Below, piece after piece: positions 50,501 through 63,149 of a DNA stretch of 64,000 bases (its first letter is position 1; each line of letters begins with the position of its first letter). The notes below the pieces were generated by a model that was given only the letters and a program-made list of their open reading frames with translations, did no database searches and was not told the DNA's origin. The stretch is from Anthoceros angustus (lineage: Eukaryota > Plantae > Anthocerotophyta), in assembly GCA_010909165.1 (NCBI GenBank), contig VJWM01000327.1, forward strand, positions 2,905-66,904. The letters are read 5' to 3'. The position numbers were made by a program, and so were the translations under genes.

Positions 50501-52600
50501 GCCCGGACGGACCACCGCGGACCGGACCTCCACCGGACCGCCCTGACCTGACCAACTGGCTGACCGCTCACACCCACCCTGACCGCTCACGGACTCACCT
50601 CCAACGGACGAGGGTCTAGGGATTGCACCGTAAGTGCAATCAAATGGCCTTATTGGCTAACTCCTCCCTATCCCTCTTAACAAGAAAAAAAAAGCAAAAC
50701 AAGCCGCCAAGAGTACCTGACATCGATTTGGCACCCACATACTCCTTCTCATCCGCCGCCAACACCCTGCAATACTCTTCCCTCTGACTCTCCCTTCTCG
50801 CCTTTACTACCTCCTCGCAAGTCCCAAGCAACATTGGGAACCTTTTTACCAAGATTCATCCTCCGCTGAGGATGAGTCCCTCCTCCTCCGAGGTTGATGT
50901 GCCGCCCTCCCAACACCTGCCCATCTTCTTTCTCCCTTTGAGCATGGCCTCCCGCTAGATTCAAGACCCCTGCCTCCGGCCCTGCATCCTCCCTACTCAT
51001 ATACTCCACAAACCGCCCGACCATTACACCCATCCACAACCGCAACTGGCAGTACCGTCCTACTCACTTCCTACTAACTCAGCAGCCCACAACAATACCA
51101 TTCTCAAGAACGGCAAAATGTGGCGCGACCGGGATGGCCACCGGCCAAGACAATCCCGTGTCGCTAGGAAGGAGTCCGCTCCCAAGGGAATGGTCTCGTG
51201 CTTATTCTCGCCTCGAGCTCTACAATCGCCTCGAACGGACTTCATCAGTTGGGTCGGCCCACAACCCTAAGGGTGTGCCCTCCACAACTCGTCGACTGCA
51301 CGCGCCACCACCGGACCTTCCCACAAACCCCGCCTCAAGAACCGTGTTTAACGACGCTGCCTCACGCCTACGCATTTCCAGCCTCTCCTCAACTTCTCCG
51401 CCACAACTCCACCTCAACACAGAACGACCCTCCTCTGTCCATCACCAAGAGTCACAACACCAACACGCTGATGTATTCACACCAGCCGCTTTGCCCTTCC
51501 GCCGCTTCACGCTCATGGAGAAGTAGCTGCACTGCAACCCCACGCCTGCTCCAAAGAGCCTCCAAGGATGGCTGCAGTCACCCCAAGCGCCCTAATCCCT
51601 CCCGACCGCTTCAATGCTCATGGAGAAGTGGTTTCACCGCATCCACAGCCTGCTCCAGCCTCCAAGGATGGCTTCCGCCCCAGCAGTCACCCCAAGCGCC
51701 TAATCCCACCGCTTCACGCTCAGGAGAAGTGGCTTGCACTGATCCCCACGCCTCCGCTCCAAGCAGCTCTCCAAGGTTAGTCTCGCACCCGAGAAATCAC
51801 CATGAGCACCTCCCGAGCTCAGTCCGCCCCCCCCGCACCCATCAAGCGTGTTGGCGGAGCTCACCGTAGCTCAAACACATCCTCTACCACCAATTAATCC
51901 CCGCACGGTGACGCAGAACTCACTCCGCCTCGAGCACCCAAAGGCAAGAGCACACGAGCCAAGATGGTACCGGATAGTCTCGCCTTGGACGCCAGCCTTC
52001 CTATATACTCCCATACCCTAACCTAACCCGCCTATGTATGTATCCTAACCCCATGCTATGTACCCTAACCCTCGGTCGTGGTAACCGGACGTAGCTCATC
52101 ACCGCTACCGGACTTCTTGCACCACCGCTTCCCCGCCAAACAAGAGATCCATGCCAGCGATGCCCACCAAACTAAACCACCCTGCACCACTCAATCTGAC
52201 CGCCCGACCACCACTCCACCGACCTCTCGGACGGACCACTCCATCGACTGACCGCCCGGACGGACCACCTGGCCGGACCTCGCCCGACTCCACCACGGAC
52301 CCCGGACGGACTCCACGGACCGCCCGACGGACCACCCGCCGACCTCGGACGGACCACTCCATCGGGACCTCGCCCGGACGGACCACTGCTCCAACGGACC
52401 GAGGGTCTAGGGATTGCACAGAAGTGCAATCCGCCAAAATGGCCTTATTGGCTAACCTCCCTATCCCTCTTAACAAGAACGACCAAAAAGCAAAACAAGC
52501 CGCCAAGAGTACGGACATCTGATTTGGCACTCCACATACTCTTCTCATCCGCTACATGGCTCGCCAACACCCCGCAATACTCCGCTCTTCCGCTTGACTC
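47520..52600. repeat. Tandem array of ~1.8-kb units (about 2.8 copies) with internal ~110-bp and ~25-bp subrepeats
   Basis: Anchor G(C/G)TAGGAAG(G/A)AGTCCG at about 47562, 49380 and 51163; internal CCAAGGATGGCTTCC...GAGAAGTGG and GGACGGACCAC repeats. Confidence 0.9.
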
Positions 52601-52868
52601 CCTTGCGTTGTTTTCATCGTCACACTCAACACATGTCTCATTTGCTGGTGACAGACACTCCTCTTCTTTGTGCTACAAGACCGGATCCGCCCTCCAAACA
52701 CGTCCCTCCTACTGCATCGGCCTTGTCCCCTATTCGCCCAAGACCCTGCCCTACATCGCCTTCTCTAATGTCACATCACAGTCTAGTTACGCATCAAATA
52801 AAATTTTGAGGTAGGAAATACAGCATGGAATGGGTCTTGGCCTCACCTTGCAGCTATACATGTACATG

Positions 52869-55800
52869 TGTTAAATATGAAAGGGTGCGGCTAGTTAGGG
52901 TTGATCATATGAACCGTTATAGAGTTGCATATATAGTGAGACCATATGTATTTGTAAAACACACATTTTTGTTTAATCTTTTTACAAAGTCTGCTTTTCG
53001 CCTCGCAGAAAATAACATGGTATGAGCACAGCCCGATTCTATCTCCCGAATGATGCCGAGTCGCTGAAGCCCGCGAGGTGGTATAGAAGAGGCAACAGAC
53101 TCGCCGTGGAGGAATTTCTCCACCAGCAGATGGCACCCCTAGAAACTATTCTAGACCTCTAGGAATGTAATTACCCCTACATCCGGGTCAAGGATTTTGG
53201 CCGACAGCACTCGTGGACCGTGACGAAGATCACGCCCAATCACCCCAACAGAATCACATGGTGGCTGATAACCATGTAGAAAGATGCGCCAAGAGGGTCG
53301 AACCCCGATTTGTTCATCACCGATCAACAAACCTCACGCGCCTCCCGCCCGTAACTACCATGCAATTGTCCCGCACCCAAAGGATATGGAAATCAAGACG
53401 CCAGCCATACTATTAGCAAGCGCCACTAGGTAGAGATCCTTATCCGGGCGTCGTCGAATCAGAAGAAATAAAGACCGTAGTCGATCACCTTGATAACTCC
53501 GTCAGACGAGCAATCATAGCGACAAAGAAGCTCAATCAAATCAGATCAATGAAGTGGTTGATCTCATGAAAAAGATTGAGCTTGGGCGCCAACAGGAGAG
53601 AGAAACTGCCAATCTCCCGGTGATTGCATCTTCGACCTTTCCGCCGCAGATCGGCAGAGCGCCGAGCGCCCGACAGAGTCAAATCACCAATCTTGATGAA
53701 GCGTCACTGCATCCTCCATGTCACTCGAGCAAATATCACGTTGTAAAGGCCGATCCCTTTCGCATCTCGTGACCTCGTGATCCAGACCCAACGGCCGCAT
53801 CCTTCACACAACTGGATACGCGACGGGTTTAGTTAGAAGTCCCGCAAGGAAAGTCAATCAAGACGTAACATTGTAATTAATGTTTTCTCCACGAGTCATA
53901 ACTTAAGGAAGGTCACATTACGCATGTACCTTAGCTCTATAGATCAACCGACAAACAGCTTGGTCGTCCCTCAACTTACAAACCGGGCAGATATACCACC
54001 TCGCCTATGGCTTCGCTCGATAGCCTCTATATCTTGTGACCATCCTTTACCTCCGAACTCAAAGAAAAGGATCGTTCAATGGAACAAGATACCAAGTCCG
54101 AAAGTCTGAATGAAGTCCACTGTTGCGCTGAGGTGTCTCGAGCGAGTCGATGCTACACTTAAGAAACCCCGACTCACCTCGCCCCTCCTTCGCTTAATGA
54201 CATCCAAAAGTGGGACCAATCAATTCAATAGCACTTGCTCTACTTATTGGAGGCTCGATGTCGACCTCGTACCGATGTCGTATCTCACCGTGCTTCGGAG
54301 ATTTGGAATCAACTTGCCCACATGGGTGTAATATTCACCTATGTGCGCCAGCAGAATTCTATGGGTCTGATGAGGGAGGGAGACAAAGTGGCATCTCATG
54401 TCACCAAGTTCCGCCACCGAGAGCTCAAATAGTTGCCCTTTATTGCAAGATGGACGAGAAGTCATTGCTCAACTATTGAGCACCTCCTCCTCCTACCAAA
54501 ATTTTATCTCCACACAAATGGACCCATACGAGTTGCTACTGCGCATCCTCTTGCAACCTGTCACCATTAAGCTTGAAGAGTTATTGGTGCCCTTTTCGTG
54601 AAGAGCAAGGACGCTTATTAGCCACGTGGATCTAGAAACAAACCGACAAGGTACTTACCGCTCGGTTTAAGAAATCAAGGTAGGACACCGTGGTCGGGTC
54701 GATGGTGCCCCATCTTTCTCAGGCCAAGCCAGTGAAATCAGAATCGTGTGGTGTCATTGGACATTGGGCACGTGAGTGCCGAAGAAGAAAGGTGAGCCAC
54801 AACGCACCACAATCCACAAGACCGTGAAGATGTTGTTGTCAAAGAGAAAGGAGAAAACTCTAAGGCTGTTGAAGATCCTCACTGTCAGAGGACAACTTCA
54901 TCACACGCCGTGATGATTGGTTCTTGGACTGTGAGCCACCGCTCATATCTCGCAACAACAAGAATTTATTTTCTAGTTTAACAATTTGTAGAATGGATAA
55001 AGTCCCGCTTGGTGATGAAAGGAGTGACACTAGCCTTAAAGTTGAAGGACATGGGCAATGTACCTTCATTCTCGACGACAACACAACTTTGAAGATCGAT
55101 GGAGTTCTATTTGTGAATGGCCAAGAATCTTCTGTCAATGAGCAAGATCATCGAACGTATGAGATACGTGTCCGATGATGCCTGCTTTACGGGGGAAGAA
55201 TTCCGGCGCATGTGCATTTAGAGGTATCCTCGACCATGACTTGTACAAAGAACCGAGGTGTTCTCCTCATCCCGTAAGTCATTCTTCGTTCGTCCAATCA
55301 AAGTCGACCCGCTTAGCATCTCTGGCACACACTAGGACACACGCTAATGTATAAACTTATTGACATGTCACGCAGGTTGCCACAGAGAACCCCTACCGCT
55401 TGTTTTAGGATCTTCCCATCCGTGAGTCGTGCATCCTGCCAAATGTAAAGAGCTACCATTCCCCAAAGCGCATGGCAAAGATCGCCCTTGCACTTGCATG
55501 CTGATATCTTTGGAAAGATCCACGAGCCATCTCTAGGTGGAGCAATCACTATCGACTCACCTGCATTTTAGTCGGTACTCTGGACCTTTCCCATGCACAA
55601 AAGCGATCTCATGCACTTTAAGCGGTGGCTCCCACTTGCACAAAGACAACTTGCCTACTTAAAGTCCTACGGTGATAATGGGACGAATTTGTCAACAATG
55701 CCTTTGATGATTACCTTCAAGAAGGGCATTCAAAGACAACTTATTGTTCCATACACTCAAAGAATGTAATCTGAGTTGCCGAACGAAAAATCACGCTACT

Positions 55801-58800
55801 TGGAATGACCAGAGTATGCTCGCATGCCAACTTACCTCAAGAGTATTGGGCTGAGGTCAGGTGTATATACACTTATCAGATACTTACCACCTACACCGGA
55901 CAAACTCCTTATGAGGTTTTCCGCATCGAAGCCTAGTTGCTCCACCTCCGAGTATTTGGATCCAAGGCCTTCGCCATATTCCCAAAAACGCAAGAAGTTA
56001 GGACCGAGCTCAACGCCTACTTTTGTGGGTAGAACATGTGTGAAAGCATAAACTCTATGACCGACACTCAATCATTAGTACTTGCCCAGTCACCTTCAGA
56101 GAACCTTGCACACACTGACTACCAACCCCACACCCTCTCACCCTTAGAGGGAGTAGATGCAAATGAAAGCCTTGACACTATCACCTTCCCTACAGATGAC
56201 GAAGAAGAACCCTCTAACCTTCCATCCGCAGATGTAGATGACTCTATAGAAGAGGCTCCCCCTGTTGTTGCCCCTCACCCTACAGTAGACCCGGGTGAAC
56301 CAACAGATGATCTCACAGCCAATGATGGTTCAAATTCGGCTGATGAGGAGGATATCCCACCGGAGCTTGATGAGGAGGATGTCCCAACGGACCCCGTTCA
56401 GCATTCAGAACTTGATTCCGCTCCTGAACCACCCCTACGACGTTCCACACGCCATAGGCTACCTCCAGACCAGTGGTTAGAACCCCGTTATCAATCTGTC
56501 GATTTTCGAACATCTTCGGCAGTTTTTGGTGCTATACAGAATATCCTCCCTGCCGAGGAACCCCTATCATACAAGGAAGCCCTCCTTGGCCCAGATTGCT
56601 CCAAGTGGCGTGGCAGGGAGGATGAATACCAATCGCCAAGAACAAGACGCAAATCACGACCTCCCACCGACGCAAAGCCATCTCTTGTAAGTGGGTTTTA
56701 AACTTAAACTCAACTCCAAAGGGAGATTGCCGATACAAAGCCGACCGTGGCAAGAGGATTTACCTGTTGAGGGCCTAGATTACAAGAAACATTCTCACCG
56801 TTGTTCGAGCACAATCCATAATCACCGCTCAAAGCAGAGTTGAACCTTGACTTACAAATGGACGGTGTCACGGCCTTCCTCTATGGAGACCTGGATGAAG
56901 ATCTCAGATATGAGCACAAGGGTATGAAGATCCCGAACATCCCACCAAAGTGCTCAAATTGCTCAAGTGTATATATGGACTAAAACAAAGTGGCGAATTT
57001 GGTATATCACTATGCATGTTTACCCGCCAAGATATCCTTTGTCCAAAGCACTGAGACTCTAATGTTTACCGACCGCCAAGGAAGCGTTCATATTAGCCCT
57101 ATATGTTGACGATGTCATTCTTGCCACAAACACTCTAATGATGTTAAACATAAGCTAAGTACCAAGTTCGAGATGAAAGACATCGGAGAACTTAAATACT
57201 GTTTGGGAGTTCAAATCTTAAGGGTACGAGAGGAAGGGCTACTGATAGTTCACCAGCATAAGTACATCAATGATATTCTGCGCAAGTTCAAACTTGACGA
57301 AGCTAGACCCTCAACTACCCCTTTCGCTATGGGCGTTAAACTTACCAGTCTTCAGTGCCCTCAATCCCAGGAAGAACTTAAGGACATGAAGGATGTCCCC
57401 ATGACATGCGCTTTTAATCTTCTTAGCGAACTGGACAAGGCGATATCCGAGATCTGTAAGCACGATCACAATTTCGGAGAATCCAGAAGAGCACATTGGT
57501 CATTGCCGGATTTTCCGCTATCTCAAAGGAACCCACAATTATGGACTCTTCTATCGAAGGACTGGACAGCAAAAACTCACCCTTAGGGGGTTCACTGATG
57601 CCGACTGGGCGTCGGACAATGATTCCAGGAAAAGCCTCTCCACATATTGCTTCATGTTATCTTCTGCTGCTGTGAATTGGTCGTGTAAAAAGCAATCTTC
57701 CATAGCCCTGTCTTCCACAGAAGCAGAATACAAATCATTGACAGATGCTTCAAAGGAGGCTGAATGGGAAAGGACCTTCCTTCATGACTTGACTGCACTC
57801 CAGCAGACACCTACCCCTATCATGTGTGATAACATGTCGCCTTAGCCCTTGTCGCTAATCCACGCCACGCACTAAGCACATAGAAATTCAACATCACTAC
57901 ATTAGAGATGTAGTGGAGCGTGGAGTCGTGAAGGTGGGTTATGTGCACAGATTCTAACGCCGACGCTAACGAAAGGATTGGCAAAGCATAAACACTACCA
58001 AAGATCTTCGTGGCTAGGCCCGGGTGACTATACCAAGTATTTCGGATAACTTATCTGTTGTGGGTGGGTGGGAACCCGAGGTTCCCTTGGGAATTGTGTT
58101 GTGTTCTCGCCTCCTTGAGGAACACAGAGTCACCGACACTTCACATTTCCTTAGTGAAATGAAAACAAGGGAGATGGACAAACGGAGGATGAAGCTTACC
58201 TTAAGACCTAATCTCCGGCAACGCGATACTTCTCTCATATAGCGGCTTCACATCCCGCTCTTGATCACCCGCTGGTGGGTCCGTCCAAAGATAAGCTCCA
58301 AATTGCTATTCTTTCCATGGTCATCTTTAGCTTATACCAATATTGGGGCCGCATGTATGGAGTAGCGCATCCCTATTGTTGCTCTTGTCTCCCATTCTCG
58401 CCTCCCGACAAAGGACCATGTTTAGTCAGATGGCGTCACATGGGCTACCACTGCTGCAGGGACATGGTGTCCTGGTGATCATGAAATGACAAATGAACCT
58501 TCTCATGGATTATCCTTCCTCTTTCCTTCTCCTGATACACTTGTGGCACTCGTAGCCTGCCCCCTTCGAGTCCTCATGTTTTCGCGTCTCGCGTGAGCAA
58601 AGGTTTCGAGGATGAAGACGCAAACGAACTTGAGTACGAAATGGTGAAGAGGATGGTCCGGAGGATTCTTATGGCGGCGGAGTTTACGCTAGGCTCGAGC
58701 GTGCCGCACATCGACGGCGTGAAGTCGTGTAACGTATTGTGAGCTGTGAACGCGCTTAACCTAACCTAGCTTACCTTTAGAGGAGTGTTAAATATGAAAG

Positions 58801-58932
58801 GTGCTAGTTAGGGTTGATCATATGAACTGTTATAGAGTTGCATATATAGTGAGACCATATGTATTTGTAAAACACACATTTTTGTTTAATCTCTTTTACA
58901 AAGTCTGTTTTTCGCTCCTCGCAAAATAAACA
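52869..58932 (+). mobile_element. Full-length Ty1/Copia element with ~150-bp LTRs (52869-53017, 58786-58932)
   Basis: TG...CA LTR pair; perfect TSD ACATG; PBS TGGTATGAGC; PPT AGAGGAG; RT LYVDDV and MKDIGELKYCLG; RNase H DADWA and SWSCKKQ-like...SSTEAEY. Confidence 0.95.
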
Positions 58933-61790
58933 ACATGAGACCCCACCATTCTTCCATCGCCTTCCCTAACTTCACATCATAGTCTGGTTACGCATCAGCT
59001 GAAAATTTGAGACTGGAAATCACAGCATGGAATGGGTCTTGACCTGACCTTGCAACTACTTGCAGTTGTACATGTACACGAGACACCCCGCCATGCTACT
59101 ATCGCCTTGTCTAACATCAAATCACACTAGCTAGTTAATGCTGCCTGAAAATTTGAGAGGAAATCAGATTGGAACAGTCTTGGCCTCGACTTTGCAATGC
59201 TGCACAAGATCTGGCGGCTGAACACGTGATCCGCCCGCCACCATCCCTTCACCAACGTCACACACTAGTTACGCATCGCCTAAAAATTTGAGACCAATCA
59301 GATGGAACGGGCCTCCTCCTCTTCCTTTCCCTCTCACCCTCCTCCTCCTTCCCATCTCCCCTCTCTTCCTCCTCTCCCTCCTCCCTCCTCCCTCCCCTCC
59401 TCGTCCTTTCCTCCTCCTCCTCCTTCCCTCTCGCCTCCTCCTCCTCCTCCTCCTCCTCCTCCTCCTCCTCCTCCTCCCTCCTCCTCCTCCTCCTCCTCCT
59501 CCTCCTCCTCCTCCTCCTCCTCCTCCTCCTCCTCCTCCTCCTCCTCCTCCTCCTCCTCCCTCCTCCTCCTCCTCCTCCTCCTCCCTCCTCCTCCTCCTCC
59601 TCCCTCCTCCTCCTCCTCCTCCTCCTCCTCCTCCTCCTCCCTCCTCCTCCTCCTCCTCCTCCTCCTCCTCCTCCTCCTCCTCCTCCTCTACCTCGCATCC
59701 TCTCTCCCCTTTTCCTCCTTGCCTATCGCCTTGTCTAACATCAAATCACACTAGCTAGTTACGCAACTGGAAATTTGAGAGGAAATCAGATTGGAACAAG
59801 TCTTGGCCTCGACCTTGCAATGCTCGCAAGTACAAGATCCGCTTGTAACACGTGATCCCGCCCGCCACCATCCCTTCACCAACGCCGTGTCACACTAGTT
59901 ACGCATCGCCCAAAATTTGAGACCGGAAATCACAAGCATGGAACGGGCCTCCTCTCTCCTTCCCTCTCCCCTCCTCCTCCTTCCCATCTCCCCTCCTCTT
60001 CCTCCTCTCCTCCCTCCTCTTGCCTCCTCTTCTTTCCATCTTCCCTCCTCCTCCTTATAATCTCCCCTCCTGCCCTTTCGCCTCCTCCTCCTCCTCTCCC
60101 TCTCCTCCTCCTCCTCCTCCTCCTCCTCCTCCTCCTCCTCCTCCTCCTCTACCTCGATCCCTCTCCCCTTTTCCTCCTTGCCTATCGCCTTGTCTAACAT
60201 CAAATCACACTAGCTAGTTACGCACCTGAAAATTTGAGAGGAAATCACAAGATTGGAAGTGTCTTGGCCCGACTTGCAATGCTCGCAGTACAAGATGCTG
60301 CCTGAACACGTGATCCCGCCCGCCACCATCCCTTCACCAACGTCACACTATTACAGATCACGAAAAATTTGAGATGAAATCACAAAGATGGAACGGGCCT
60401 CCTCCTCTTCCTTTCCCTCTCACCTCCTCCTCCTTCCCATCTCCCCTCTCTTCCTCCCTCCCCCTCCTCTTGCCTCCTCCTCCTTATAATCTCCCCTCCT
60501 CCTTTTCTTCGCCCCCTCCTCCTCCTCCTTCCTCTCGCCTCCTCCTCCTCCTCCTCCTCCTCCTCCTCCTCCTCCTCCTCCTCCTCCTCCTCCTCCTCCT
60601 CCTCCTCCTCCTCCTCCTCCTCCTCCTCCTCCTCCTCCTCCTCCTCCTCCTCCTCCTCCTCCTCCTCCTCCTCCTCCTCCTCCTCCTCCTCCTCCTCCTC
60701 CTCCTCCTCCTCCTCCTCCTCCTCCTCCTCCTCCTCCTCTCCTCCTCCTCCTCCTCCTCCTCCTCCTCCTCCTCCTCCTCCTCCTCCTCCTCCTCCTCCT
60801 CTACCTCGATCCCTCTCCCCTTTTCCTCCTTGCCTATCGCCTTGTCTAACATCAAATCACACTAGCTAGTTACGCAACAGCTGAAAATTTGAGAGGAAAT
60901 CAGATTGGAACAAGTCTTGGCCCTGACCTTGCAATGCTCTGCAAGCAAAGATCGCGCTGTACACGTGATCCCGCCCGCCACCATCCCTTCACCAACGCCG
61001 TGTCACACTAGTTACGACGAAAAATTTGAGACCGGAAATCACGCATGGAACGGGCCTCCTCTTCCTTTCCCTCTCCCCTCCTCCTCCTTCCCATCTCCCC
61101 TCCTCTTCCTCCCTCTCCCTCCTCTTGCTCCTCTTCTTTCCATCTTCCCTCCTCCTCCTTATAATCTCCCCTCCTCGCTCCTCCTCCTCCTCCTTCCTCT
61201 CTCCCCTCCTCCTCCTCCTCCTCCTCCTCCTCCTCCTCCTCCTCCTCCTCCTACCTCATCCTCTCCCCTTTTCCTCCTTGCCTATCGCCTTGTCTAACAT
61301 CAAATCACACTAGCTAGTTACGCAACATGAAAATTTGAGAGGAAATCAAAGATTGGAACAAGTCTTGGCCGACCTTGCAATGCTCGCAAGCACAAGATCT
61401 TGTCAGACACGTGATCCCGCCCGCCACCATCCCTTCACCAACGTCGTGTCACACTAATCGCCTGAAAATTTGAGACTGGAAATCACAGCATGGAACGGGC
61501 CTCCTCCTCTTCCTTTCCTCTCCCTCCTCCTCCTTCCCATCTCCCCTCCTCTTCCTCCTCTCCCTCCTCTTGCTCCTCTTCTTTCCATCTTCCTCCTCCT
61601 CCTCCTTATCTCCTCCTCCTCCTCCTCCTTCCTCTCCCTCCTCCTCCTCCTCCTCCTCCTCCTCCTCCTCCTCCTCCTCCTCCTCCTCCTCCTCCTCCTC
61701 CTCCTCCTCCTCCTCTCTCCATCCCTCTCTCCCCTCCTCCTTGCCTCCCTCTCCTCCTCTCCTCCTCCTCCTCTCCCCTCCTCCTTGCCT
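58933..61790. repeat. Minisatellite/satellite array with embedded (CCT)n microsatellites (begins ~52750, split by the Copia)
   Basis: CTATCGCCTTGTCTAACATCAAATCACACTAGCTAGTTA at 59099, 59723, 60182, 60834 and 61282; variable-length CCT tracts. Confidence 0.95.
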
Positions 61791-62759
61791 CCAACGAGAG
61801 TGAGCCTCGCACACGAACTTAGACATAGGTAAATAATATTATGTTTAGGTTACAAGTATATACAAGTATAAATACATATATATACATACATAAATACGTA
61901 TTTCATATATATATATAGGAATATACACAACAAGTGGGCCCAAACCATATATATAGATAGACATATAAATAATCTAGAATCCTACTATACATAATCGTAA
62001 AACAAGAGTTTTCAATTGTGTATGGAGCTTAAAACAAAACCGATGTGGACACAAGGGTGCATTGAAGAGGGAAGGTAGATTATAAATGCATAGCTATGCA
62101 AAGGAGGCAAAATGGAAAGAGAATGACAACTGGGAGAGAGATAGAGTTCTTGGTTGTCATCATGTAGGAAAAGCAAGAGGGAAGAATAAAATAGTAGCGT
62201 GAGAGGGAACACATGTTGCAACACAAAGAGGGAAAAATTATAAAATGGGTGTCATCGAGCATTAACTAGGAGTGTGAGGTGAAAGGAGAGACCAAAGGAG
62301 TTGTTAAGATGGTGAGAGAAGGTGGAGAAGAAAATCACAAACTTAACACCAAGCCAACAAACTTAATGCTAAGCTCTTAATGGTGAGGTGTAAGGTCAAG
62401 ACCACTTGCATGTTGTTAAGATGGTGAGAGAAGGTGGAGAAGAGTATCACAAACTTAACACCAAGCCAACTAACTTAATGAGTGTTCCAAATGGAAAGTG
62501 TTACATGAAATTGTAACAAAGGACCGAATATAAGCAGTTTGCATAGTATATGTTTGAAATCATAAACAATGCTTGTGAGAGAGAGGGTGTACTTAGGAGG
62601 GTGAGGTGATGATAAGAGAGTCGTGTTCGTTAAGATGGTGACAAAATGAGAAGGGAATAGTGTCAAACTTAATACCAAGCCTACATAGCTTGTTGCAATT
62701 TGAAAGTGTAACATAAAATTGCAACAATGACTGTAACATGGGCTGCCATTTCTAGTAGG

Positions 62760-63080
62760 TGTCCAGATGGCGGCATAGCAATGGTTCCTCCCAAAGACCC
62801 CTAGGTGTAATGCGGGCTCGATCTCCCCTCGTGATCTTCCTTTTTCAAGCACCGGCCGGATCAATCATGCACAAAAGTGGGAGCGCCCTTCCTTCATGTG
62901 ACTGCTCGCATCTCACAACAAGGCACTTCATCCATGCCTCATCCACCTTCCTTATCTCGAGCATCCGCCGTTAGAAATGAAGCGTGAAAATTTAGAATGT
63001 GAATGTCGAATGTTGTGGTTTGCACCCGCTTCTTGTAGGCCCGAAAGCGAACCATCTCCAGATAGTCATCCTCGCGCGGA
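62760..63080 (-). pseudogene. N-terminal half of a ParB/Srx-like domain
   Basis: TTFDIHILNF...(I)RKVDEAWMKCLV...PLLCMIDP...LGVFGRNHCYAAIW, matching a ParB-type R.vd..v..L and GxHxxxA motif. Confidence 0.6.
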
Positions 63081-63149
63081 GCTCCAGCTCGCATCGTGGT
63101 CGCCCCGCAACGGCTTCTCTTCTCTGCATGCTTCCTCGACTTCCTTTCG

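Larger units (their letters stand above)
41697..62759. mobile_element. ~21-kb CACTA/EnSpm-like DNA transposon, apparently non-autonomous, with nested repeats
   Basis: TIRs CCTACTAGAAATGGC(A)GCC(T/C)ATGTTACA at 41697 and inverted ending at 62759; 3-bp TSD TGT (41694-41696, 62760-62762); clusters of GTTACA/TGTAAC/GTTGCAA subterminal repeats at both ends. Confidence 0.82.

Noticed and set aside
59258-61832. Poly-Pro/Ser/Leu/Glu/Arg/Gly ORFs
   Set aside because: They are translations of (CCT)n tracts, which have no stop codons; not genes.
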